DNA of 64,000 nucleotides from Elusimicrobiales bacterium (GTDB lineage: Bacteria > Elusimicrobiota > Elusimicrobia > Elusimicrobiales > UBA9959), in contig JBMFKQ010000001.1 in the NCBI GenBank assembly GCA_049972095.1, forward strand, positions 28,349-92,348, written 5' to 3'. Below, one piece after another: positions 19,747 to 28,487 of this stretch (the first letter of the stretch is position 1; each line of letters begins with the position of its first letter). The translations under genes and the position numbers were made by a program. A model generated the notes under the pieces. The model saw nothing but the letters and a program-made list of their open reading frames with translations, was not told where the DNA came from and searched no databases.

Positions 19747-19818
19747 TACCCCCACCAGGAATCGAACCTGGATCAGCTGCTTAGAAGGCAGCTGCTTTAT
19801 CCATTAAGCTATGGGGGC
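19747..19818 (-). tRNA. tRNA-Arg(TCT); CCA not encoded
   Basis: GCCCCCA..GCTGC-CTTCTAA-GCAGC..CCAGGTTCGATTCCTGG-TGGGGGT-A. Confidence 0.95.
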
Positions 19819-19901
19819 ATTCATCTATAAGTATATTTTATAAAATTTTCGATAAAGGCAAACAAATACAGTAAAGCATGAAAAGTGATAGGTGAGATGA
19901 G

Positions 19902-19943
19902 TTTAAATTTTAAATTTTGAATTTTAAATTTTAAATTTTGAAT
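19902..19943. repeat. Heptamer tandem repeat (TTTAAAT TTTAAAT TTTGAAT)x2
   Basis: Six TTTRAAT units with an exact 21-bp higher-order period. Confidence 0.85.
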
Positions 19944-19965
19944 TAGGATGATTTGATGAAGCTTT

Positions 19966-20883
19966 TTATAAAGATTCAATATATTTTATTGCATTCATTG
20001 CTGCCATTGCACCACTTCCAGCTGCAATTACTGCCTGCTTGTATATTTTATCGACAACATCTCCACATGCAAATATGCCTTTTACACTTGTTTCATAATT
20101 GCCGTTAACTTTAACATACCCTTCACTATCAATCTCAACCTTTCCTTTCAAGATGGAACTGTTTGGCTCGTGTCCTATTGCAATAAAGACCCCATTAAGA
20201 CTTATCTCTCTTTCACTACCATCCAAAGTATTTTTAAGCACAACCTTTTCAACCCTATTTTCTCCTTTTATTTCCTTAACAATATGGTTGAAAACTATTT
20301 CAATTTTTGAGTTTTTTTTCACTTTTTCTTGGAGAAGTGCTGATGCTCTGAGTTTATCTCTTCTGTGTATAAGATAAACCTTATTTGCAAATCCCGTTAA
20401 AAAAACTGCCTCCTCGCATGCTGTATCTCCCCCTCCTATAACGCATACATCCTTGCCTTTATAAAAAAAGCCATCACAAGTAGCACAGTATGAAACGCCT
20501 CTGTTTTTGAATCTTTCTTCGCCCTCTATTCCAAGCCTTCTTGGTGATGAACCTGTTGCAACTATAATTGCCTTTGCAATATATGTGTTTGCACCTGCTT
20601 TTATCTCAAAAGGATTTTTAATGATTATATCATCGGCATAATCTGTTGTGAGCACTGCTCCAAGTCTTTTAGCCTGATTTATAATCCTACTCATTAAATC
20701 ATATCCGCTTATAGGTTTTTCAAAACCAGGAAAGTTTTCTATTTCCATTGTTTGTAAGAGAAGACCACCCGGTGCAGGACCTCCTATTATTATGCTTTTC
20801 ATACCCCCTCTCTGAGTATATATGGCAGCAGTAAGTCCAGCTGGTCCGCTACCTATTATTGCAATATCATATCTGTTTTCCAT
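19966..20883 (-). CDS. trxB: Thioredoxin reductase
   Basis: GSGPAG, ENFPG, CATCDG, GGGDTA, GD..QA. Confidence 0.97.
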   Translation of the reverse strand: MENRYDIAIIGSGPAGLTAAIYTQRGGMKSIIIGGPAPGGLLLQTMEIENFPGFEKPISGYDLMSRIINQAKRLGAVLTTDYADDIIIKNPFEIKAGANTYIAKAIIVATGSSPRRLGIEGEERFKNRGVSYCATCDGFFYKGKDVCVIGGGDTACEEAVFLTGFANKVYLIHRRDKLRASALLQEKVKKNSKIEIVFNHIVKEIKGENRVEKVVLKNTLDGSEREISLNGVFIAIGHEPNSSILKGKVEIDSEGYVKVNGNYETSVKGIFACGDVVDKIYKQAVIAAGSGAMAAMNAIKYIESL

Positions 20884-21293
20884 TATTCCTCCTTTACCTC
20901 AGCCATTGAGGTTGAGTTTTCCCAGAGTATGACAGATTTGACATTTAAGCCAATTCTTTTTAATGAATCTTTTACAACCAGAGCTATGAACTCAGCCGTT
21001 GGATTTTTATCAAGAAGAAAGATTTTTTGATTGTGTTGTTTTAAGATTTTTGCTAATGGATCTTTTTTATGAAGAAGTGTTGCATGGTCCAAATTATCAT
21101 CAAGCCATTTACCAGCGATTTTTTTTATCTGCATAAAATCCTTGACCATTGTCTGAGAATCGAGATTTTTTGATTGAAGTGTTATCTCAATCTTAGCATT
21201 GTGCCCATGAAGATTCTCACATTTCCCGTTATATTTGAAAAGCCTATGAGCATATGCTATTTCAAAAACCTTTTTTACCTTAAATATCTTCAT
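20883..21293 (-). CDS. queD: 6-carboxytetrahydropterin synthase
   Basis: YAHRL, CENLHGHN, DF, LDH, NPTAE, WE. Confidence 0.9.
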   Translation of the reverse strand: MKIFKVKKVFEIAYAHRLFKYNGKCENLHGHNAKIEITLQSKNLDSQTMVKDFMQIKKIAGKWLDDNLDHATLLHKKDPLAKILKQHNQKIFLLDKNPTAEFIALVVKDSLKRIGLNVKSVILWENSTSMAEVKEE

Positions 21294-21302
21294 AATTAGA
21301 TT

Positions 21303-22175
21303 TTATTTTATTTCAAAGCAAAATGTTAAGTCCGATAAAAGTGATTTTGAATTCAAACGATTTTTTCTAAGCTTTTTTATCTCTCTCTTGTAAAAAGCTG
21401 AAAATGAATTTAAGGATCTTGTTTTAAAGTATATATTTTTTCTCATATCCCTATATAGCTCCATCTCTGGTTCTGATGAGATATAATAATAGTTTCTCCA
21501 TGCATCATAGTAGGTAGTATGCCCTCTTTTTGCTTTATTCATTTCCATCTCATATATAACTCTAAAGAAATTATCAGAATAGATATTATCAAGTGATCTT
21601 CTAAGCTTATCTGAAAGTTGCTTGTAATAGTTAAGCTCAAAAGACGGTCTTGAGCATGTTTTGTCAAAAACATATTCTTCATCTTTCACTATCTTTTCGA
21701 AGCCTACCTCATCCATAACATAAAAGCATATTTTTCTCCCAAGTTGTGTGTTTTTTACTTCTGATATAACATCAGCAGAAAGATGATTTAGAATAAACTC
21801 AATCTCAAAGTATGATGAAAGGAGTTTTGCTTCCAAAGGGATATCATCATATATTTCATATTTTGTTCTTATCATATATTCGTATAGGCTTTTTGCTAAA
21901 TAAGCAGTTCTTAGGTTAAAACTTTTATATGCTTTTCTTGGCACAAGAAGGACTTTTCTGTCTCTGTTTATAACAGCGCATTCAATTGTGGAATCTGGAT
22001 TGAGTTCTACTCTAACAGGATTCCTTGAGAGATATTTAATAAGATATGAGTATTTTGAGTTTGATAGTGAGAGAAGCATATCCTCAATTTCACTTCCATC
22101 TGAAAGCATTTTTATGTTTAGAGTGCATGAGAAAAGAAAGAAGAAAGATAAGTATAAAGAGATTCTTCTTTTCAT
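21303..22175 (-). CDS. Hypothetical lipoprotein
   Basis: Lipobox LFSC; 290 aa; coupled to maf. Confidence 0.65.
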   Translation of the reverse strand: MKRRISLYLSFFFLFSCTLNIKMLSDGSEIEDMLLSLSNSKYSYLIKYLSRNPVRVELNPDSTIECAVINRDRKVLLVPRKAYKSFNLRTAYLAKSLYEYMIRTKYEIYDDIPLEAKLLSSYFEIEFILNHLSADVISEVKNTQLGRKICFYVMDEVGFEKIVKDEEYVFDKTCSRPSFELNYYKQLSDKLRRSLDNIYSDNFFRVIYEMEMNKAKRGHTTYYDAWRNYYYISSEPEMELYRDMRKNIYFKTRSLNSFSAFYKREIKKLRKNRLNSKSLLSDLTFCFEIK

Positions 22176-22729
22176 AATTTGCTTAATTTTTTGATGAGTT
22201 TTTTAAAGATTTTTACAGGAAAACCTACTACATTTGTAAAATCTCCTTTTATTTTTTTTATTAATAGATCATCTTTATCTTGAACTGCCCAGCCTCCTGC
22301 TTTGTCAATGTGTTTTGGTGCTATTTTGGATATTTCTTTTTCTGAAAGTTTTCTCATATAACAGATAGATTTTTCATAATCTGTTAGGATTATATTCTTT
22401 TTTAGATATGCAAGGGTTATAGCTGTGTATACTGACTGCCATCTTCCTGATTGAATTTTTAAAAGCCTTTTGGCTTCAAATACATTTTTTGGTTTTCCTA
22501 TTATTCTTCCCTTACAATAAACAATCGTATCAACACCTATAACCGCAGCATTTGGGTGTTTTGTAGCAACTGAAATTGCCTTTTTTCTTGAAAGATCACA
22601 AACGATAAGATGAGGTCTTTTGTAGTGTGTTTTTTCTTCCACATTTGGAGGAATAACCTTAAACCTAAATCCCATATCTTTGAGGAGTTTTCTTCTCCTC
22701 GGCGATGCTGATGCAAGTATGATTTTCAT
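22172..22729 (-). CDS. maf: Maf-family nucleotide pyrophosphatase
   Basis: ILASASPRR, KA, DTIV, GKP, DKAGG, NVVGFP. Confidence 0.95.
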   Translation of the reverse strand: MKIILASASPRRRKLLKDMGFRFKVIPPNVEEKTHYKRPHLIVCDLSRKKAISVATKHPNAAVIGVDTIVYCKGRIIGKPKNVFEAKRLLKIQSGRWQSVYTAITLAYLKKNIILTDYEKSICYMRKLSEKEISKIAPKHIDKAGGWAVQDKDDLLIKKIKGDFTNVVGFPVKIFKKLIKKLSKL

Positions 22730-22989
22730 TTTATTATCTGTTTGTAGATGATGGCAGTAATGAATATACCTGTGAGTGTTGCTATGTTAAATTTAAATAT
22801 GAGTCCAACTGTGAACTGAACTACTCCAAGATCAATTGTAGTAGGGTTTAGTCCAGTGTTTATCGAGTTTTGAAGGACTGATAAAGTATTTGAGTTTTGT
22901 GGCCAAAAGATTGATGCGATTTTGATTATTGTGTTTCCAAGAAGTGTTCCAACAACTATCACCACTGCTGTATGTATTGCAGCCTTCAT
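22726..22989 (-). CDS. DUF4321-like small membrane protein
   Basis: N-terminal TM; PTTIDLGVVQFTVG.IFKFNI; position before maf. Confidence 0.7.
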   Translation of the reverse strand: MKAAIHTAVVIVVGTLLGNTIIKIASIFWPQNSNTLSVLQNSINTGLNPTTIDLGVVQFTVGLIFKFNIATLTGIFITAIIYKQIIK

Positions 22990-23342
22990 TTTTTCCCTCT
23001 CATATTTTTGTGTATTGTAAGAATGGTGTTTGCTTCAATCCAATTAAGATAGTCTTCATTTCCTACAATAATTGGTAGGAAAATTATTTCAGGAACACTA
23101 TATGTGTGTTTCTCTTTTACATATCTTATAACATCCTTGGCAAGTCTTCTTTTAGTTTTTATAATCAACATAAGCTCATTGGAATCTTCTATTCTACCCT
23201 GCCATCTGTATATTGATTTTATGCCCTTTATTATGTTAACACAGGCTGCAAGCTTCTCTTTTACAAGCCCATTGGCTATTTCATTGGCTAATTTAAATGA
23301 GTCTACTGTTATTAAACATACACTGTATTTTGCTTTTTCCAT
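22986..23342 (-). CDS. cutA: Divalent-cation tolerance protein CutA
   Basis: LAACVNI, SIYRWQG, IKT, HTYSVPEI, YLNWI; start moved from 23417. Confidence 0.93.
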   Translation of the reverse strand: MEKAKYSVCLITVDSFKLANEIANGLVKEKLAACVNIIKGIKSIYRWQGRIEDSNELMLIIKTKRRLAKDVIRYVKEKHTYSVPEIIFLPIIVGNEDYLNWIEANTILTIHKNMRGKK

Positions 23343-23443
23343 AATAATATAATACAAAAAAATAAAAAAAATTGTTAAATTATATTTATGATTATTCTGC
23401 TTTAACGAATATACCAAAAAATATGAAAACTGTAGGAGGCTAA

Positions 23444-25648
23444 ATGAAGATAGAACAACTTATTTACATTAATAAAAATGTGCTAAATGAGGTTGAGGTG
23501 TATGAAACAATAAAAGATTTTGGAATAAATCTACCTAAGTATTTTTACCAACCATTCTCATCATCTGATAAAGAAGAGTTTATAAGGAAAGCACTTGAAA
23601 TACCTTCAGATAAGGTTGTTATAAAAATGGTGTCATCAACAAACCTACACAAAACTGACAGCGGCGGTGTGAGAATTGTCCCAAAAAAAGAACAGAGTAT
23701 TTCAAAGGCTTATGATGATATTGCTTCAATAGGATGCGAGGGTATAGTAGCTATTGAATTTTTACCTCATGGATCCTCTATTGGTGAGGAGATACTTATT
23801 GGGGTTAGATATGATGAGGCTTTTGGCTATGTTATGGTGGTTGGACCTGGTGGGACTTTTACCGAAAGGTTAACAAGGAGTATCAGAAAAGAGTATCTTC
23901 CACAGTTTATAGCTATTTCTGATGTAGGAGCTAATAGTATAAGGAAGTTCATAGATGAGAGCTGGATATTTGCATTTACCCTTGGTAGGGTTAGGGGAGT
24001 CTCAAAAAAATGTGAGTTTGAGGAGATTGAGAAAACACTTCTCAATTTTATAGCTATAATAAAAGAGTTTGAAAAAAACTCTATTTATGTTGAGGAGATT
24101 GAGGTCAATCCTTTTATAGTCTCTTGTGGAAAACTCATTGCAGCGGATGGAGTTATTAGACTTAGAAAAAATGCTCCTTCTAAAAGAATCATTCCTTCTG
24201 ATGTAGCTATAAAAAGCATAACAGAGCCACAGAGCATTGCTATATGTGGTGTTAGCGATAAAAAACAAAATATGGCAAGGATAATACTGAATAACACACT
24301 CAAAGCTGGTTTCCCTTCTCAAAGGATGTATATAATAAAGAAAGGTGTTTATGAAATAGATGGTGTAAAGACATATCCATCTGTTAAGGAAGTTCCTCAA
24401 AATATAGATATGTATATTGTAAGTGTTCCTGTTGATGGACTTGTAGATGTGCTTAAAGAAGCAGCTGATAGTAGAAAGGTAAATGGGGTTGTTCTAATAA
24501 CAGGTGGGGTTGGTGAGAAGAGTGGAACGGAAAGTATCCAGAATGATATTATTCGTATAATTAAAGATGCAAGAAACAAAAATCCTAACTTTGCACTTAA
24601 TGGTGGCAATTGCATGGGGATAGTTCTTAATCGCTCAAAGATAAATACGTTTTTCATCCCTGAATATAAGATGAAGTCTCCAACCGGAAAAAATCCTTAT
24701 ATGGTTTCTTCTGCTTTTGTGAGTCAAAGTGGTGCATTTGTTATCTCTACACTTACAAAGATGCCACATCTTATGTGTGACTATATTATTACAGTTGGAA
24801 ATCAGCATGATTTAACTGTTGTTGATTATATAGATTATTTTTCAAAGATGGATGTAAAGCTTATCCTTTCATATATTGAGGGTTTTAAACCTGGCGATGG
24901 AGAAAGGCTTTTAAAAATAGCTTCGAGAATGAAAAATGATAAAAAAATTCTTGTTATATATAAGGCTGGAAGAACTGCTATTGGTCAGAGGGCTGTTGTG
25001 GGGCATACCGCTTCACTTGCAGGGGATTACATCGTTTTTGAAAAACTTGTTTCTCAAGCAGGAGCAATTGTTTGTGATAGCTTTGATGAGTTTTGTGATA
25101 TGGCATGGTTGTCTTCTTATGCATCTGCTTATAAGATTACATCAAATAAAGCTTTTTTTATAAGCAATGCTGGCTTTGAGACAACAGGTATGGCGGATAA
25201 TATATCATTTCTTGAAGCTTATGAAGGTGATGAAAAGCTTAAGAATAGAATAAATGATATACTTAAAAAATATAGACTTGATTCAATAGTTGATTTCAAA
25301 AATCCTATGGATATAACACCCATGGCAAATGATGATGCTTTAGCTGAAATAGTAGATGCAATTTACTCATCATCACTATACTCCGTTATATTTATCTCTC
25401 CTGTTCCATTAACACCTGCAATGAATACAGTTGAGTGTGAGTCATCTCCGGATAGATTTGAAGGATCATTCATAAATAAAATATCACCATTTTTGAGTGA
25501 AAAAAAGGTTTTTATGCCTTTGTGTGTGGCAAGTGGTTCTCTTTATGATGCCTATTGTGAATATGCAGCATCAAAGGGTTTTGTGGTTTTTAGAAGTGCC
25601 GATAGGATGGTTAAGGCTTTTGAAAAATATCTTAGGAATATTATGTGA
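23444..25648 (+). CDS. ADP-forming acyl/acetate-CoA ligase, ATP-grasp (beta) domain first, CoA-binding (alpha) domain second
   Basis: HKTDSGGV and EVNP..AADG in the N-terminal part; GGNCMG, SQSG, phospho-His GHTASLAG, NPMD in the C-terminal part. Confidence 0.85.
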   Translation: MKIEQLIYINKNVLNEVEVYETIKDFGINLPKYFYQPFSSSDKEEFIRKALEIPSDKVVIKMVSSTNLHKTDSGGVRIVPKKEQSISKAYDDIASIGCEGIVAIEFLPHGSSIGEEILIGVRYDEAFGYVMVVGPGGTFTERLTRSIRKEYLPQFIAISDVGANSIRKFIDESWIFAFTLGRVRGVSKKCEFEEIEKTLLNFIAIIKEFEKNSIYVEEIEVNPFIVSCGKLIAADGVIRLRKNAPSKRIIPSDVAIKSITEPQSIAICGVSDKKQNMARIILNNTLKAGFPSQRMYIIKKGVYEIDGVKTYPSVKEVPQNIDMYIVSVPVDGLVDVLKEAADSRKVNGVVLITGGVGEKSGTESIQNDIIRIIKDARNKNPNFALNGGNCMGIVLNRSKINTFFIPEYKMKSPTGKNPYMVSSAFVSQSGAFVISTLTKMPHLMCDYIITVGNQHDLTVVDYIDYFSKMDVKLILSYIEGFKPGDGERLLKIASRMKNDKKILVIYKAGRTAIGQRAVVGHTASLAGDYIVFEKLVSQAGAIVCDSFDEFCDMAWLSSYASAYKITSNKAFFISNAGFETTGMADNISFLEAYEGDEKLKNRINDILKKYRLDSIVDFKNPMDITPMANDDALAEIVDAIYSSSLYSVIFISPVPLTPAMNTVECESSPDRFEGSFINKISPFLSEKKVFMPLCVASGSLYDAYCEYAASKGFVVFRSADRMVKAFEKYLRNIM

Positions 25649-25666
25649 TTTTGAAAAGGGGGTTTT

Positions 25667-26833
25667 ATGGAGGGGTTTGTATTTCATAATCCAACGAGAA
25701 TAATTTTTGGTAAAAACACCATTTTAAGGATAGGAAGGGAGATTTCGTTATATGGAAGCAGAGCTCTTTTTGTTTATGGTAAAGGAAGTATAAAGAAAAA
25801 TGGGGTTTACGATAAGGTTGTAGAGAGTCTCAGGAAAAATGGTGTTGATTTTGTTGAGCATGGAGGAGTTAAGCCAAATCCTGTTCTTGAACATGTAAAT
25901 GAGGGTATTAAAAAATTCAAAGACAAGAAATGTGATGTTATTCTTGCATGCGGTGGTGGAAGCGTTATAGATGAGTCAAAAGCTATTGCTGCGGGGGTTA
26001 GGTATGATGGTGATGTATGGGATTTTTTCGTAAGAAAAGCGCAGATAAAGGATGCCGTTAGTGTTTGTGTTGTCCTTACGATTCCTGCAACAGGTTCGGA
26101 GGCAAATGGTGGTTGTGTAATAACAAATGAAAAAACACTTCAGAAATATTCTGCTCATTCAAAATATATTTTTCCTAAACTGTCCATACTTGATCCACTT
26201 ACAACCCTTTCACTCCCATTAGAACAAACTGCCTATGGATGTGTTGATGCTATGCTTCACCTTCTTGAAGGTTATTTTACCACTAAGGATAGTGACTGTG
26301 TGATAACTGACAACTATGTATATGCTGTTGTTAAATCTATAATGAGCTCCACACAGAGAATTATTATAAATCCTTTAGATTACAATGCAAGAGCATCGAT
26401 GATGTGGTCAGCCACGCTTGCTCTTAATGGTATGGAGGATTGTGGCTATAAAGGTGTTGAGTTTGTTAATCATGTTATAGAACATTCTCTGAGTGCTATC
26501 TATGATATTCCTCATGGGCTTGGGCTTGCAATTGTTTTTCCAGCCTTTCTTAAATTTCTTTATAGAAGATCTAAATATGATAGAATTGCTGAATTTGGCA
26601 GGCAAGTTCTTTTAATTCAACAGAGTAATAATCAGACTGCTGCAAATATAGCCATTGATAGGGTTGAAAGTTTTTTTAGGACGATTCTTAAACTTAAGAC
26701 TAGGCTTTCTGAAAACTCAATCTATAAAAAAGATTTTAAAAAGATAATAGAAAATGCATGTGAGCTTGGAGGTTTGTGGGGGTGGAGCTATAGTAAGGAT
26801 GATGTTGAGGAGATACTTGAACTTGCACTTTGA
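25667..26833 (+). CDS. Iron-containing alcohol dehydrogenase (Bdh/YqhD-like)
   Basis: NPTRIIFG, PNP, GGGSVIDESK, ATGSE, D..H..E, H.IEH, H..GLA. Confidence 0.92.
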   Translation: MEGFVFHNPTRIIFGKNTILRIGREISLYGSRALFVYGKGSIKKNGVYDKVVESLRKNGVDFVEHGGVKPNPVLEHVNEGIKKFKDKKCDVILACGGGSVIDESKAIAAGVRYDGDVWDFFVRKAQIKDAVSVCVVLTIPATGSEANGGCVITNEKTLQKYSAHSKYIFPKLSILDPLTTLSLPLEQTAYGCVDAMLHLLEGYFTTKDSDCVITDNYVYAVVKSIMSSTQRIIINPLDYNARASMMWSATLALNGMEDCGYKGVEFVNHVIEHSLSAIYDIPHGLGLAIVFPAFLKFLYRRSKYDRIAEFGRQVLLIQQSNNQTAANIAIDRVESFFRTILKLKTRLSENSIYKKDFKKIIENACELGGLWGWSYSKDDVEEILELAL

Positions 26834-26839
26834 TATCTT

Positions 26840-27784
26840 TCAGCAACTTGCTTTTTTTAACCTTTCCATAATTGCCTTTCCTTTGCCAACTTCTTTTATT
26901 GCTTTTACATATATTTTTTTCACATTATAATCTTCCTCTGCTATGTGAAGATATTCGAAGAGATTTGATGCTGCCTCATTGATATCAGCTGATGGAGAAA
27001 GATCAAGGAAAAGTGCATATTTTTTTATTGGTTTTTCAGCAAATGAGATAAATGCAGCTCTCTCTGGATCTGTTATTTCTTTTTGGGATTTTATAACCTT
27101 GAGTTTTTTAGAAGGCGAGTAATGTTTTTTGGTAAGTCCGGGGGATATCTTTTTGGATGCCTGGTATTCTTTTATCTTTCCTTTCCAGTGTTTTTTTATA
27201 TCTTCAATACTGACTGCACCATGTCTTAGTATGTAGATTGTATCATCTTCAATTTTTATCACAGTTGATTCGATGCCATAAACCGTCTTTCCTCCATCAA
27301 TTATATTTATATCCTTAAAATATTTTAAAACATGTTCTGCTTTTGTAGGACTTAATCTTGAAAATTTATTTGCACTGGGTGCAGCAATTGGAAGTTTGGA
27401 ATATTTTAGAAGCTTTAAAGCGATTGGGTTTGACGGAAATCTTACAGCCACGCTATCAAGCCCTGCAGTAACAATGTCAGGTATGATATCCTTTTTTTTC
27501 AACACAACTGTAAGTGGACCTGGCCATAATTTTTTAAGCAGTTCTTTTGTTTTTTTATTGCAGTGGGCTATATTATAAAGCTGGTTCATAGAGGATATGT
27601 GAACTATAAGAGGGTCGTAAAAAGGTCTTTTTTTCATCCTGAAAATCTTTTTTACTGCTTTTATATTTAATGCCGATGCTCCAAGACCATAAACAGTTTC
27701 TGTTGGAAATGCAACAATCCCCCCATTTCTTATTATATCTGCGCATTTAATGATGTTTTGATGTATTGGTTCTATTATAGGCAT
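26840..27784 (-). CDS. sua5: Threonylcarbamoyl-AMP synthase (Sua5/TsaC2)
   Basis: PTETVYGL, K.RP..PLIVH, WPGPLT, APSAN, PG...HYSP plus SUA5 domain. Confidence 0.95.
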   Translation of the reverse strand: MPIIEPIHQNIIKCADIIRNGGIVAFPTETVYGLGASALNIKAVKKIFRMKKRPFYDPLIVHISSMNQLYNIAHCNKKTKELLKKLWPGPLTVVLKKKDIIPDIVTAGLDSVAVRFPSNPIALKLLKYSKLPIAAPSANKFSRLSPTKAEHVLKYFKDINIIDGGKTVYGIESTVIKIEDDTIYILRHGAVSIEDIKKHWKGKIKEYQASKKISPGLTKKHYSPSKKLKVIKSQKEITDPERAAFISFAEKPIKKYALFLDLSPSADINEAASNLFEYLHIAEEDYNVKKIYVKAIKEVGKGKAIMERLKKASC

Positions 27785-27785
27785 G

Positions 27786-28079
27786 TTATCTTAGAACCAC
27801 TGTAATTAGCAGTATAAGCATTACTATATTTATAGCTGCAACAATATAGAAGAGTATCTCTATCTTTTCAACAGATATTTTAATTTTCTCTATATTGCAT
27901 AAGATATACGATATAGTTTTTCCTTCTTCAATTATGAGTTTTTCAATCGGCTTTATATCTTGGCTTAAAGTTGTTTTTAGACTATTTATAAGTGATAAGA
28001 TTGATGAAAACATCTTTTCTTTTTTTGATATTTCCTCAATAATATTCATTGTAGCCTTTAGAAATGAAATCATTCCCAT
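27786..28079 (-). CDS. Hypothetical protein with C-terminal TM anchor
   Basis: RBS GAGGAGGG; stop 1 nt before the sua5 ATG; hydrophobic C-terminus. Confidence 0.6.
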   Translation of the reverse strand: MGMISFLKATMNIIEEISKKEKMFSSILSLINSLKTTLSQDIKPIEKLIIEEGKTISYILCNIEKIKISVEKIEILFYIVAAINIVMLILLITVVLR

Positions 28080-28368
28080 TTTCCCTCCTCTTTTCGGTTT
28101 AATAATAAAATTTTACAAGATTTTTTATCGGTATATTTTCTTTGTCCTGTGTAGCACTCTGCATTTTTGAGAAAAAGGCAGAGCTATTACTGGAATTTAG
28201 TTATGTAAGATTTCCGTTCATAGTTTTTAACACGCAGATATTTTAGATTTTTAATGATAGACAAAAAGAAAAAGAAATTTTCTTAAAGTTACTAAAAGTT
28301 CTCTAAATCCAATTTATACACGAATATCAACCTCAACCTTACGGATCATTGACCTTTTTTTCAAATAA

Positions 28369-28459
28369 CGGAGAGAGTGGGATTCGAACCCACGGTACGG
28401 GTTTTCACCCGTACAGCGGTTTAGCAAACCGCCGCCTTAAACCTCTCGGCCATCTCTCC
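28369..28459 (-). tRNA. tRNA-Ser(GCT); CCA not encoded
   Basis: GGAGAGA.., GCGGT-TTGCTAA-ACCGC, long variable arm GTACGGGTGAAAACCCGTAC, GGTTCGAATCC, G73. Confidence 0.96.
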
Positions 28460-28487
28460 GTGTAAGTATATTATACCAATTTATTTA

